Source of the DNA: Bacillota bacterium
GTDB lineage: Bacteria > Bacillota_I > Bacilli_A > RFN20 > CAG-288
DNA length: 64,000 nt
NCBI GenBank assembly: GCA_036830315.1
Contig: DAISOU010000001.1
Location: 14,437-78,436, forward strand
Direction of reading: 5' to 3'
Below the pieces are notes generated by a model. The model searched no databases and was not told where the DNA came from. It saw only the letters and a list, made by a program, of their open reading frames with translations. Below are positions 1-10,334 of this stretch, in pieces (the first letter of the stretch is position 1; each line of letters begins with the position of its first letter). Made by a program: the position numbers and the translations under genes.

Positions 1-34
1 TTGTAAGAATTATAGTAAACATCCAAGTGTTTGT

Positions 35-520
35 CTACTCCCAGATAATCATATCGTCATATTTTATGGTGAGAATCAGGTTATCCTCAATACCGGCTTT
101 ACCGCCATCGCTGGCCTTGAGGGTGATTTTTGTAGTGAAGAAAGGAATAGTATTAGATTCCAATTTCATCTTCTTGATAATCAATGCTCCGTTTCTGGAA
201 TTCTCGACTTTGACATACTGATTTTCCGGACAGGAATAATCAAAGAGAGACTGAGTGCAGTCAGAAGGAAGAACACGGGTAGAAAAGAAATACTGCATAT
301 ATTCCGTATCATCCCTGATGATATTCGTCTCATATTCGATAGTCATCTTCTTGTCTTTTCCCTCTTCAGCTTCTATTTCCTGACCAGTGCTGTCAAGGAT
401 AGAGACAGAATCAATATAGATAGTCGGAATGATACCAGCCGGGGCCACGCCAAAGAAGGCTATAAAGACAATCGAGAGAATGCAAAGACAGGCGATGATA
501 ATCAAAACACTTTTCTTCAT
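35..520 (-). CDS. Membrane-anchored protein with a degenerate Ig-like (Big_2-type) domain
   Basis: Start moved to MKKSVL (GGGGGA RBS, abuts upstream stop); N-terminal hydrophobic helix; VLPSDCTQ...VKVENSRNGALII resembles Big_2; last gene of a tightly packed operon. Confidence 0.6.
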   Translation of the reverse strand: MKKSVLIIIACLCILSIVFIAFFGVAPAGIIPTIYIDSVSILDSTGQEIEAEEGKDKKMTIEYETNIIRDDTEYMQYFFSTRVLPSDCTQSLFDYSCPENQYVKVENSRNGALIIKKMKLESNTIPFFTTKITLKASDGGKAGIEDNLILTIKYDDMIIWE

Positions 521-521
521 A

Positions 522-2225
522 TCAGATTCCCCCCTTAGCATAGACATCGGCCTTGTGGAAGAAATTCCAGGCCGTTGCCAGTAAGAAGATGGTTCCGAAT
601 ATAAACACCTTCAGTTCTGGTAAGAACCCGCTGTCTTCCCTTAAGAACCGATAATAGAGGAAGGCCATCAGAAAGGAAACGGCAAAGGAGATAAAAGTAG
701 CTACATTCTGATTCTTATCGGTGTTTTCCTCTAATGACATGAGATCGTTCTTGAAGCCAATATCCAAAGCGGAAGCAAACAGACATTGACCGATACCAAA
801 GAAAACGACGCCTATTGCCAGTAAGACAGCCGAAGCCACCGATATATCTGATCTAAAGAGAATCATGAGGACTGAAGACAAACCAGAGACAATAACTAAT
901 ATCACTGGAAAGAACAGTTTCATCGGAAGAATGATTTTCTGATTGACAGGCAGAGTTCTCGACAGGTTGAAGGCTATTCCCTCTTTGGAATAGAGAGTGC
1001 TAGTTACCGTGACTGAGTTCATGATAACTAGCATAGAAATCAAAAGAGACACAACCAAGGCAAGAATATTTCCGAAAGCGTCTATCTTCATGGAAGAATA
1101 GAATTTGCTCAGAAGAAGCAAAAGAACCGGAAGGAAAAGCAAAGGGGATGCAAAAGAGAAGAAAGTGCCGGGGTTATCGACAAGAGTGAGGAATTCTTTC
1201 TTGAGCTGAGCGACAAACAGGGAATGATACTTCGACTGGCGATCAGATTTTATCTTGCTGGCTTTAGGGCGAAGCTGCCTGCCAACCATCTTCTTATAAA
1301 AAGGAGTAAGGAAAAGAATAGACACGATGTAACATCCAAAGGCAATGCTTAATAAACTGGTGAAGACAGAAACAACTTTCTGATTGAAGAATATGATGGT
1401 CGTTCCATTATAAACTCCAATCTGGTAGCCTGTCAGATAAAACAGGAAAGAGAAATCTTTCTGATAAGCAGCTAAGAACAGCTGTATCTGGTTAAAATAC
1501 GGACCCCAGTTTGTGAATATGTCAATGTGATCAGGTATCAAGGAGAAGAGATAGACAGCCAGAAGAACCAAAGCCAAAAGCAGAACGAAAAGACAGATAC
1601 CTGAAAAAATTCTATGACGCCTGAAGATGTTGGCGATAAAGTAAAGCGGAACGGAAAGCAAGGTGCAGACACTGACTTCAAGGAAAACCAGAAGCAAAGT
1701 AGAAAGAATAAGCTGAACAAAAGAAAAGGCCGGAAAAGAGAAGAAGATAATATAGCCAAGAAGGAAAGGTATCTCAACAAAAAAAGTCATCAATAGCTGT
1801 TTGATATAGACAAAGAACAAACGGGCGGAGATGATAGTCACGGGATTTATCGGAAAGGCACTGACTATCGAGGAATCATCAGCATAGTAGAGACTTTTAA
1901 GAAGAGTGATAGTCAGAGGAATGAAACCAAAGAAGAAAACCAGATTGACAATAATCGATGGAACAGTCTCTGGAACAAAGGGGAATATGGAGAAGATATT
2001 GAGTTTGACAGCTACAAAGAAGAAGACAGCGGAAAGCAGGGTCAGAACTGAAAAGATAACGATCCAGGAAACTATTTTCAGAATGCCGTTCTTTTTCTTG
2101 GCTTTGAAATCAATCTTATAGTTCTCAGCCAAGAGCATTTTGACCATGGCAAAGAAGGTATGGATATCGAGTCCATATCTTTCGCCAAAGGTTTCCGTCT
2201 TTACGTTATCTTTTGTGTCCTTCAT
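522..2225 (-). CDS. ABC transporter/exporter permease (multi-TM)
   Basis: 567 aa with many hydrophobic segments in two halves; 3 bp downstream of the ABC ATPase fusion. Confidence 0.75.
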   Translation of the reverse strand: MKDTKDNVKTETFGERYGLDIHTFFAMVKMLLAENYKIDFKAKKKNGILKIVSWIVIFSVLTLLSAVFFFVAVKLNIFSIFPFVPETVPSIIVNLVFFFGFIPLTITLLKSLYYADDSSIVSAFPINPVTIISARLFFVYIKQLLMTFFVEIPFLLGYIIFFSFPAFSFVQLILSTLLLVFLEVSVCTLLSVPLYFIANIFRRHRIFSGICLFVLLLALVLLAVYLFSLIPDHIDIFTNWGPYFNQIQLFLAAYQKDFSFLFYLTGYQIGVYNGTTIIFFNQKVVSVFTSLLSIAFGCYIVSILFLTPFYKKMVGRQLRPKASKIKSDRQSKYHSLFVAQLKKEFLTLVDNPGTFFSFASPLLFLPVLLLLLSKFYSSMKIDAFGNILALVVSLLISMLVIMNSVTVTSTLYSKEGIAFNLSRTLPVNQKIILPMKLFFPVILVIVSGLSSVLMILFRSDISVASAVLLAIGVVFFGIGQCLFASALDIGFKNDLMSLEENTDKNQNVATFISFAVSFLMAFLYYRFLREDSGFLPELKVFIFGTIFLLATAWNFFHKADVYAKGGI

Positions 2226-2228
2226 CGT

Positions 2229-4613
2229 TTATGAATACTTCTTCTCTTCGGCAATTAGCTTTCTCGCCTCTTCTTTGTTGTCGGCAGTCAGAGTGAGAAA
2301 ATGTCTTTCCAAGTCGATTCCCTTCTTTTTGAGATCATCGACATCGTCTTCTTCTAAAAGTCTTCCGTTTTTGATAATAATGACCTTATCGCAGAGGTTG
2401 TTGACGACATCGATGATATGAGAGGAGAAGAAGACGATATTGCCTTTTTTGGCGTATTCGTGCATGGTCTCCTTGATTTGGAAAATTGAGTTAGGATCAA
2501 GACCGGTCATCGGCTCATCGAGAATCCAAACCTTGGGTTCATGAATAAGAGCGCCGATGATAGTGATTTTCTGTTTCATGCCATGAGAATAATCTCGCAT
2601 GGGAAGATCGTAGTTCTTCTCCATCTCTAAGGCCTTAACCAGTTTTCTGCTTCTCGTCTCCATCTCTTTTTTTCCGACTTTATAGATAGTAGCCATATAT
2701 TCGATATACTGTCTGCCAGTCAGATTTTCATATAAGGCGTAGTTGTCGGGGACATAGCCGATAGTCATCTTGGCTTTCTGAGGTTCGTTGACGACATCAA
2801 AGCCGCAGACATTTATCGACCCTCTCTCGAAAGGATGAATTCCGACAATAGCTTTCAAAGTCGTTGATTTGCCGGCACCGTTCTTGCCCAAGAATCCGTA
2901 GATATGACCTCTTTCCAGTTTGAAAGTCATATCGACCAGGGCGTCATTATCGCTTCCGGGATACTTTTTATAAAGGTGGCTTACTTCTAAAGAAGAAACG
3001 ATTTCATCCATATTCAGTGGTTTCATGATTTTGTCCTTTCCGATATTCTTTATATATTCTTCGTGTTGTGTCTCATAAGTCATCGTCTTGGATTTGATCA
3101 GAGAAATCTGATCAGTGGCTTTAAACAGCATCTCATAGACATACCAAATGACGAAAGAGAATCCGACATAGATGAGATAGAACAATACCAAATAAAGAGG
3201 ACGAACGGTCAATGTCTTTCCAAAGGCGTCAAAGGTTATCTCATCGTGGAAGATGTTGACTGCCCAGTCACCAAGTTTCTTGACGATGAAATTGGAATTG
3301 AGGAAGAAGAAATCCGTGTCATAGAACATGTTGAGGACCGTAACCAAAATGAAATAGGCTAAGAAACCAATCATCGAGTAGAAGAAATATTTCATCTTCG
3401 GTCTTTCATAGACACCTAGGAGAATAATAAGAACAGGCATAAAGAAAGCATAAAGATGGTTATTGAAGAATTCGATGATGGATGGGGAAAGAATCAAAAG
3501 ACTGGAAGAGTAATTTGGCATCAGCATAGCCAAAAAAGCGCCGATGACGTTCACAAACATGGTGAAATAGAAAAGCCCGTAATTCAAGAAAACCAAAGTA
3601 AAGGGCATGATATACATGGCGGTATTGCAAAGATGAAGAGGAAGAGAAACGACGGAAGTAAAGGAATCATATCTTCTGATTGCTGCATAGGAGAAGAAAA
3701 CAGCGAAGGCTATAAAGAAGAGGAAAGCCCGCCTGTTTTTAGAATCAAAGCGATATAGAAGCGAATAGTACAATATGGGAAGAAGGAAAGCGGCATAGAT
3801 AAAAAGACGATGTGAAAGATTGAAGTCAAGCGGAACATCAAGACTAAACATTTTCAAACCGAAGAGATTAGCGGGAAGATAATCTCCGATGGTGCAGAGA
3901 ACAAGAAGGATAAGACCTATGACTAAAGTATATATTTCTTTCTTGTCTATTTTGAAGCTGAGATTATTCTTCCAAGTATCAAGAGAGAAGGCAAAGCCCA
4001 TACCTAATTCAATTGCCATCAGCAAAACTCGGGGTACAAAAGCTGAACTTTCTCCGTTTATGCCGCCTGCAATATAAGGAAAGAAGAACAGACAGAGAAG
4101 GAGAACAGGGAAGGCCACAAAACGGACGATATTGTGAAAACTCCGACTATCAAAGAACTGACTTATCAAAACGAAAATAAGAGCACCTATCCAATAATTT
4201 GAAAGAAGGGCACCTATTCCTACTTGGAAAGGAGTCATGAAATCAGACTGCAGGCCAACGACATTCTCAAGATAATCATGATTCATATAGAATCTGGTCA
4301 TAAAGATTAATATCATAAAGAAAGCCAGACACTTCCGATAGAGTTTTATTCTGGATTCGGGAAGTGATATCCGGCTGACAAAATAATCATGAACTTTCTT
4401 TCCGTTAGTCTTAAGTCCCAGATCTTTAGTCACTATTTTCTTTTCAAAAGAGAGATAAGTGAAAAGAAGAAGAAATATCAAGACAAAAAACCACAGATAA
4501 AAACCATAGCCCATATTGATTGAGCCAAAAGACCAGACGGTAGCAGGTACAATCAAAAATAGAAGGGCAAGGGGAAGAAAGACAATAGTTTTGCGGTCAA
4601 CAGGAATTTTCAT
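2229..4613 (-). CDS. YwaF-family membrane protein fused to a C-terminal ABC ATP-binding domain
   Basis: About 500 aa of TM helices with LPLHLCN and FFNNHLY motifs; then Walker A GKNGAGKS, signature YSHGMKQ, Walker B ILDEP, H-loop SSH. Confidence 0.8.
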   Translation of the reverse strand: MKIPVDRKTIVFLPLALLFLIVPATVWSFGSINMGYGFYLWFFVLIFLLLFTYLSFEKKIVTKDLGLKTNGKKVHDYFVSRISLPESRIKLYRKCLAFFMILIFMTRFYMNHDYLENVVGLQSDFMTPFQVGIGALLSNYWIGALIFVLISQFFDSRSFHNIVRFVAFPVLLLCLFFFPYIAGGINGESSAFVPRVLLMAIELGMGFAFSLDTWKNNLSFKIDKKEIYTLVIGLILLVLCTIGDYLPANLFGLKMFSLDVPLDFNLSHRLFIYAAFLLPILYYSLLYRFDSKNRRAFLFFIAFAVFFSYAAIRRYDSFTSVVSLPLHLCNTAMYIMPFTLVFLNYGLFYFTMFVNVIGAFLAMLMPNYSSSLLILSPSIIEFFNNHLYAFFMPVLIILLGVYERPKMKYFFYSMIGFLAYFILVTVLNMFYDTDFFFLNSNFIVKKLGDWAVNIFHDEITFDAFGKTLTVRPLYLVLFYLIYVGFSFVIWYVYEMLFKATDQISLIKSKTMTYETQHEEYIKNIGKDKIMKPLNMDEIVSSLEVSHLYKKYPGSDNDALVDMTFKLERGHIYGFLGKNGAGKSTTLKAIVGIHPFERGSINVCGFDVVNEPQKAKMTIGYVPDNYALYENLTGRQYIEYMATIYKVGKKEMETRSRKLVKALEMEKNYDLPMRDYSHGMKQKITIIGALIHEPKVWILDEPMTGLDPNSIFQIKETMHEYAKKGNIVFFSSHIIDVVNNLCDKVIIIKNGRLLEEDDVDDLKKKGIDLERHFLTLTADNKEEARKLIAEEKKYS

Positions 4614-4619
4614 TGATAA

Positions 4620-7370
4620 TTAAGCTGAGTAATCAGAAAGAGTCACCACGACGCCAAAACAGTTAGCACCTTCATATTCGGAATACTTAGTAGGGTCAGC
4701 AGGATTACCGCCCTGAGCACTGCCTAAGGTATAGATACCCATATAGTTATCAGAGCCAGAACCAAAATCGGTTGAACCATTTGATAAGGTGACAGGATTA
4801 GAAGTCATATCGTAGGCAGGCTTTGTCAGACGGAGAGTACTAGTATCAGCCGGAGTAGCCGAATAGACAGAAGCATAGCTGGAGACACCAGCCTTTTGGG
4901 TTTTGAAAAGAGGAGTTGACGAAGCATTAGACAGCAAATACAGACTGCTATAATCGCTCTTTCCTAATTCTGCTGCATAAGAGGCACCGCTATCAGAAAG
5001 AACATTCGAGACCGCTGTTTCCAAAGCTTCACGGCCAGATTCATAATCGATGATATCATTTGAACCCATCTTAGTTCCGCCGTAGAAAGCACCGGTTTCG
5101 GTGTCAGAAGTCGAAGATGCCAACATATTGATGGCAACCAAATTGACTGTTGAAGTAGTCGTCTCACCGACAGTAGTCGATTTCAGGAAAGTCTTCTGAA
5201 GCTGGGCATTGAAGAGAGGATCAAGAGTCTTGAGCTGATTGATGCCGCTTTCTGCCCCATTGATTTTAAACCAGCCGCCCTGTCCTGTCACCTGATTTAC
5301 TAAGACAGTCGAAGAGTCGATGTTGATCCAAGAACCATGTCGGGGATCAGTTCCATTGGCCTTTTTATAGGCAGCAGCCAGTTTCCTATCAGTAGGATCA
5401 TAGTGAGCAGACTGATTGATGATCAAAGGTCCGCCTGAATCCCTCATTTCAGAATTGAAGATGTTGACATTAGTCTCCTTATAATTGAAGACGTGACAAT
5501 TGGAAGTGTCATAAATTCTCGTCGAAGTGATATTCAATTCCGGATTATTAGGTGCTGTATCAACATAGGTAGTATTAGAAGAGGCATTCGAGTCAAAATG
5601 ACCGCCGGTAAGATAGGCGAGATAATATTGACCCGAAATACAATTGATGACAGTAGTATCCACAAAGGTCTTCAAATAGCAGAGACCGGATTTAGTATAG
5701 TCGGCTGTTGCCGTTTTCTGCTGATTTCCGGTGGAAGAAAGATCGCGGACGAGGACCTTATAATCATCGAATCCGTCAATGATTCTAAACTGTTCAATAT
5801 CAAAGCCGAAGACAGCTGCATGAGATTCGACAGGTACACCGTTTTCTGGTCTTTTTGCATTGGCATCAGCCTCAACCATCGGCAGTTCGCTTAAGGATAT
5901 CTTATGACAGTTGCCATAGATTCCAAAAGTCTTCTGATTAAGACTTGGAATGTGATTGACCAAAAACAAATAATCCCTGAAGGTTCCGGCCAAAGTCATA
6001 TCACTACCACCGGCAGCCTTGATCGATTCTTCAGTCCAAAGGAAAGAAGAAGGGATGTTATTGGCATTCAGACTGATATCAGCCTGGATTATACCATTGG
6101 CAAAATTCTTGACAGGAAGATTGTTCTTTTCCTTAAAATCCTTCAGTCCGCCTGTCGGAGTAGACAAGTCCTCCTGGTTTCTGTTAACCAAGTCAGTATT
6201 GTCCAAAGCGAATAACTCAGTAGCATTATTGACGTTGTAACCATCGATGACGTCAAGATCATAAGATAGATCAGGGAAGCTTTCCTTGTTCTCAGAAGGA
6301 TAGATGAATTCAAGGGTGAACTTACCGGTGACTGTGTCTTTGAAATTCACTTCTCCTTTAGAGAGAAGGAGATTAACATCATCAAAATAATCGGCTAGAG
6401 TCAACTCGGTTTCTGATCCCTTAGTAAACAATTTTGCGGTGACATCATACATGCTCTGATAGGTAATGGACTTGTCGTTATCAGCCGAGTCAATGGCATT
6501 GATGACCGGCATCAGATTGACAGCATTGTAGTTTCCAAGATAGAAAGAGGTGGTTTCAAGGAAGGAAGTATTGTGCTGACCGTCTTTTTCCGTACTGACG
6601 TTTTTCAATTCATTTTGGAAAGTCGTATATTTGCTGTTTGCCATCCAATTGGTCGGAGTGAAACGTCTTTCTGCCTCATAGACGATGGTATTGATGGTCG
6701 AAGAAAGAGAACCATAGCTGAAAACAAGGGCGATATTGCCAGCTTTTGTCGAATCAAAACCGGTACAGGTGACTCCAGCGGCATTGCCTTTTACCTTTTC
6801 AAGTTCAATGGAATCCTTATTCTGAACGGAAACTGTAATCTTAGAAAGATCTAATTCATCGCCGACATAATACTTGTTGGATACACCCTGAACCACAATC
6901 TTAGTTGCGGTCTTATCGTAAGTCTTGGCGACAGAATATTTGACCGAAGCCGTGAAAACAATAGTATTGATAGTCACTTTTACCTCAAAAGTGGCATCAT
7001 TGACCTCAGCGGAAGTATCGATTCTATCAAAGGAAAAAGCGTTCTTGTTCTTGGCATAAGTCATCGTATGAATCAATTCATCGCTCTTGTTATAAGTCTC
7101 AATAGCCAAAGAATCATAATTGACTTCAGCATTGAGAATAAACTTGGTAGAAATGGATCCTTCTTTGATTTTGATATAGGTTATAACATCATCTTTGACG
7201 ATGACAGAAGAGGAAGAACCGGAACTAGGTATGACAGAAGAAGATGATGATGATGTTCCTCCTTGGCTTCCATTTGAGGAAGAACCAGAACTAGAAGAAG
7301 CATTACCGCAGGCTGAAAGTCCGATAGAACCCGCTAACAATAATGAAATAATCAACTGCTTGTTTTTCAT
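4620..7370 (-). CDS. Large lipoprotein with Ser-rich linker, bacterial Ig-like domain(s) and probable beta-helix domain
   Basis: Lipobox LSAC; poly-Ser linker; YYVGDELDLSKITV...TGFDSTKAG Ig-like signature. Confidence 0.7.
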   Translation of the reverse strand: MKNKQLIISLLLAGSIGLSACGNASSSSGSSSNGSQGGTSSSSSSVIPSSGSSSSVIVKDDVITYIKIKEGSISTKFILNAEVNYDSLAIETYNKSDELIHTMTYAKNKNAFSFDRIDTSAEVNDATFEVKVTINTIVFTASVKYSVAKTYDKTATKIVVQGVSNKYYVGDELDLSKITVSVQNKDSIELEKVKGNAAGVTCTGFDSTKAGNIALVFSYGSLSSTINTIVYEAERRFTPTNWMANSKYTTFQNELKNVSTEKDGQHNTSFLETTSFYLGNYNAVNLMPVINAIDSADNDKSITYQSMYDVTAKLFTKGSETELTLADYFDDVNLLLSKGEVNFKDTVTGKFTLEFIYPSENKESFPDLSYDLDVIDGYNVNNATELFALDNTDLVNRNQEDLSTPTGGLKDFKEKNNLPVKNFANGIIQADISLNANNIPSSFLWTEESIKAAGGSDMTLAGTFRDYLFLVNHIPSLNQKTFGIYGNCHKISLSELPMVEADANAKRPENGVPVESHAAVFGFDIEQFRIIDGFDDYKVLVRDLSSTGNQQKTATADYTKSGLCYLKTFVDTTVINCISGQYYLAYLTGGHFDSNASSNTTYVDTAPNNPELNITSTRIYDTSNCHVFNYKETNVNIFNSEMRDSGGPLIINQSAHYDPTDRKLAAAYKKANGTDPRHGSWINIDSSTVLVNQVTGQGGWFKINGAESGINQLKTLDPLFNAQLQKTFLKSTTVGETTTSTVNLVAINMLASSTSDTETGAFYGGTKMGSNDIIDYESGREALETAVSNVLSDSGASYAAELGKSDYSSLYLLSNASSTPLFKTQKAGVSSYASVYSATPADTSTLRLTKPAYDMTSNPVTLSNGSTDFGSGSDNYMGIYTLGSAQGGNPADPTKYSEYEGANCFGVVVTLSDYSA

Positions 7371-7416
7371 ATATAATTCCCCTTACATAAAATTTTTTTA
7401 ACTAAAATTAGAAAAC

Positions 7417-7441
7417 AAAAAAGCTCCGAGAAGGAGCTTTC
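7417..7441 (-). terminator. Rho-independent terminator
   Basis: AAAAGCTCC-ttctc-GGAGCTTTTTT on minus strand, just after the stop of 7450..7683. Confidence 0.7.
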
Positions 7442-7449
7442 AAACTTGA

Positions 7450-7683
7450 TTAATCGATCCAGAGAACCTTGCCAGAAGTGATAGTCGTAATGAGGTCGAC
7501 AATCCACAAGATTGTAGGGCATAAGAAGATGCAGAGAACAGCTAAGACAATACCCAAAGTATTTTTCTTAGAAATTGACTTGCAGAGACGATAGACAGCC
7601 CAGATAATATCAAGGGCCGGCAAAGCAAAAACAATCTTAAGAATCTTCGGACAAGAGTCTAACCAATTAGTTAATTCATCCAT
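7450..7683 (-). CDS. Small membrane protein
   Basis: 77 aa, hydrophobic, GGAG RBS, followed by a terminator. Confidence 0.7.
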   Translation of the reverse strand: MDELTNWLDSCPKILKIVFALPALDIIWAVYRLCKSISKKNTLGIVLAVLCIFLCPTILWIVDLITTITSGKVLWID

Positions 7684-7777
7684 TTTTATATTTCCTCCCT
7701 AGTGAAATATTTGTTTGACTATTGTAACGCAGTTTGAACATAAAATAAACACCGATTTTTTCATCTTGCCTTATCGT

Positions 7778-8737
7778 TTAGCGGTTCTTTTGTTCATCAT
7801 CTTTTATCGGACGGCCCTTCTTGTCATAGTTTTCTTCCGGAGATATTTCCGTCTTTGGATCAATCAGGAACATTTTCTTCAATTTAGTCATCCATTTGCC
7901 AGAAGACTTCATGGAAGAAGTCTCTAAATCATCCAGAGTATTCTTGACAGGCTTTGGAAGAGAAGCGAGAAAAGCTTTCTTTTTCAAAGCCAGTTTTTCT
8001 TTCTGTTCGTTTACCATTTTTTCATATCTGACAGTAATGTTATTTTTCTTAGCCCAAGAAGTGATTTTACTGAAAATACCAATTGACTGAATGAAATCGA
8101 TAAGAAGAACGCCATAAGCCAGACCAAGTATAAAGATCGATCCGAAATGAGCGGCCTGACTGCCGTCAGCCCGACCGAAGAGGAAGGCACAGACATTGAC
8201 ATAGAATTCATAGACAAAAGGGTCGATTGCATAATAGAAAAGCAAAGCCACTGCCAACCAGACAACATCGAATACAGGACAGATTATTCCCAGTATGTTG
8301 CCTTTCATGTTGCGGTAATCCCATAAGCGAACTTTAAAACCGCGGACAAATATCAGACCGGCCAAAAATTCCAAGGCGATCAGAGAAAGCCACATGATGG
8401 TAATAGGAATCAAGTCAAAGGCAGTTGGTCCGGATACAGGCCTATCGGTCCCGAATAGATTTCCCTGAGGATTATAAAAAACAAAATCTTCAGGAAGAAA
8501 GACTATCAGGATCCAACAGAAAGTAAACATGAGAATAAGACCAAAACCATAAAGAGGGAGCCAAGGTCCTTTCATAAAACCGGGATTCACCCATTTATGA
8601 GCGGAAAAGACACGTCTGAACAAAACTTCGATGCCATAACCTAACATCGAACCGAAAAGAAAGAGAAAAAGATACGATAAAAAGAAAGAACTACCAGTAA
8701 GACCGATGATGTCATCAGCAAAAAATATGTTGTTCAT
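7778..8737 (-). CDS. Putative ABC permease, CmpB/DUF1113-like family
   Basis: GYGIEV...NPGFMKGPWLPLYG and LWDY...NILGIICP motifs, TM segments, basic C-terminal coil. Confidence 0.7.
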   Translation of the reverse strand: MNNIFFADDIIGLTGSSFFLSYLFLFLFGSMLGYGIEVLFRRVFSAHKWVNPGFMKGPWLPLYGFGLILMFTFCWILIVFLPEDFVFYNPQGNLFGTDRPVSGPTAFDLIPITIMWLSLIALEFLAGLIFVRGFKVRLWDYRNMKGNILGIICPVFDVVWLAVALLFYYAIDPFVYEFYVNVCAFLFGRADGSQAAHFGSIFILGLAYGVLLIDFIQSIGIFSKITSWAKKNNITVRYEKMVNEQKEKLALKKKAFLASLPKPVKNTLDDLETSSMKSSGKWMTKLKKMFLIDPKTEISPEENYDKKGRPIKDDEQKNR

Positions 8738-8807
8738 TTAACTAAATCCCTGAGCAAAATTATGATACCATATTTATAGGTAAAAATAGGAAGAAAGAGG
8801 TGAAACA

Positions 8808-9740
8808 ATGGATAAAAAAAGAATCATATTCTTAGGAACACCTGAAATATCAGCGCGTCTGTTAAAAGGCCTCTATGACAATGGTTTCAACATCGTCGGG
8901 GTCGTGACCAAAGAAGACAAGGTTCGCGGTCGAAACAATCTAGTTGAGGCTTCACCGGTTGCAAAAGAAGCAGAAATGCTTAACATTCCAGTTCATAAGC
9001 CTCATAGACTCAATAAAGACTTTCAGTTCATCATCGATAAAAAGCCTGATCTTCTTCTGACTTTTGCCTATGGTCAGCTGATATCGGATGAAATATTAAA
9101 AATACCCGCTTATCGACCGATGAACCTTCACGCTTCGCTTCTACCTAAATACCGAGGTGCTGCTCCAATCCAATATGCCCTGAGAAACGGTGATGAGGAA
9201 ACAGGTGTCAGTTTTATGGAGATGGTCCACTCTATGGATGCCGGTGATGTGTTTGCAGTAGATAAAATCAAGATTGAAAGAGAGGACGATTACACGTCCT
9301 TATCGATCAAACTGTCTGATCTGGCCTTAAAGCTCTGCATCGATAATCTTCCCCTGTTCTTTGAAAACAAACTTATCGGAATAAAGCAAGATGAAACGAA
9401 AGTGACTTTCTGTCCCTCGATAAAGAAAGAAGAAGAAAAGCTCTCCCTTGACACCGACCCTGATTCCTTTGTCAATCAGGTGCGTTCTCTGTCTCTGACT
9501 CCTGGCGGTTATCTTTTATACAAGAATGAAATTCTCAAGATCTACAAAGCCGAAAAGCTAAATGATTTCGTAACCGGAAGAATCGGGCAGGTTTTAGTCG
9601 CCCACAAAAAAGATATCGTGCTTCAGCTTTCCAAAGGTCAGGTGAGATTATTGGAATTACAGCGTCCAGGCAAAAAGAGAATGAGCAGTTCTGATTTCAA
9701 CAACGGCGTTCACGACCTTACATCAAATGACTTAAAATGA
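8808..9740 (+). CDS. fmt: Methionyl-tRNA formyltransferase
   Basis: IIFLGTPE, NLHASLLPKYRGAAPIQ, MDAGD motifs. Confidence 0.95.
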   Translation: MDKKRIIFLGTPEISARLLKGLYDNGFNIVGVVTKEDKVRGRNNLVEASPVAKEAEMLNIPVHKPHRLNKDFQFIIDKKPDLLLTFAYGQLISDEILKIPAYRPMNLHASLLPKYRGAAPIQYALRNGDEETGVSFMEMVHSMDAGDVFAVDKIKIEREDDYTSLSIKLSDLALKLCIDNLPLFFENKLIGIKQDETKVTFCPSIKKEEEKLSLDTDPDSFVNQVRSLSLTPGGYLLYKNEILKIYKAEKLNDFVTGRIGQVLVAHKKDIVLQLSKGQVRLLELQRPGKKRMSSSDFNNGVHDLTSNDLK

Positions 9741-10248
9741 TCGGCTTATCAGGTACAAGAACTTTTTCTATTCGATAGACATAGACGTAATGAAGAGAAT
9801 TGCCGGTATAGTTAGAAGTAAAGACTTCCTTATCATTGAAATCGAAACGTTTAAGCTTAGTCGAGTATAGTTTCTTTCCGATAATAACCAGATTGCTGTT
9901 TTCGATATAGGGAGCAGCCTGACTATGATTGACAACAAGGCCTTTGTCCTTGAACTTGTCGTGATCACGGCCCGAGACAGTTCCAAAATAAGAAGTATAT
10001 TGGTGACCAATCTCATTAAGTCGGCAGAGTGAACAAAAGTCGCTTTCATCCAAAAGATGCTTAGTGAAGCGTTCTTTCCTGACAAATACTGTGAAGACAG
10101 GCTGATTCCATAGGTAGCCAAACTCACCCCAGGAAATAGTCATTCCGTTAGTGACACCTTCATGTTGGGCCATGAGAATCATAAAATCCTGCGAAAGCAT
10201 CGTAATCGGATTCTCTTTGACAAATGTCTCGCCGCTGATTTCTCTCAT
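9718..10248 (-). CDS. Flavin reductase-like protein
   Basis: NGMTISWG, VFVRKERFT, FGTVSGRDHDKF motifs; start reassigned to MREIS after GGAGG RBS; 3' end overlaps fmt by 23 bp. Confidence 0.8.
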   Translation of the reverse strand: MREISGETFVKENPITMLSQDFMILMAQHEGVTNGMTISWGEFGYLWNQPVFTVFVRKERFTKHLLDESDFCSLCRLNEIGHQYTSYFGTVSGRDHDKFKDKGLVVNHSQAAPYIENSNLVIIGKKLYSTKLKRFDFNDKEVFTSNYTGNSLHYVYVYRIEKVLVPDKPIILSHLM

Positions 10249-10334
10249 AGTTTTCCTCCATAAGCTGCTTTTCATATATTATATAGTAAATTTATTTGTA
10301 CATATCAATAAATAATCAGAAAAGGAGATACAAA

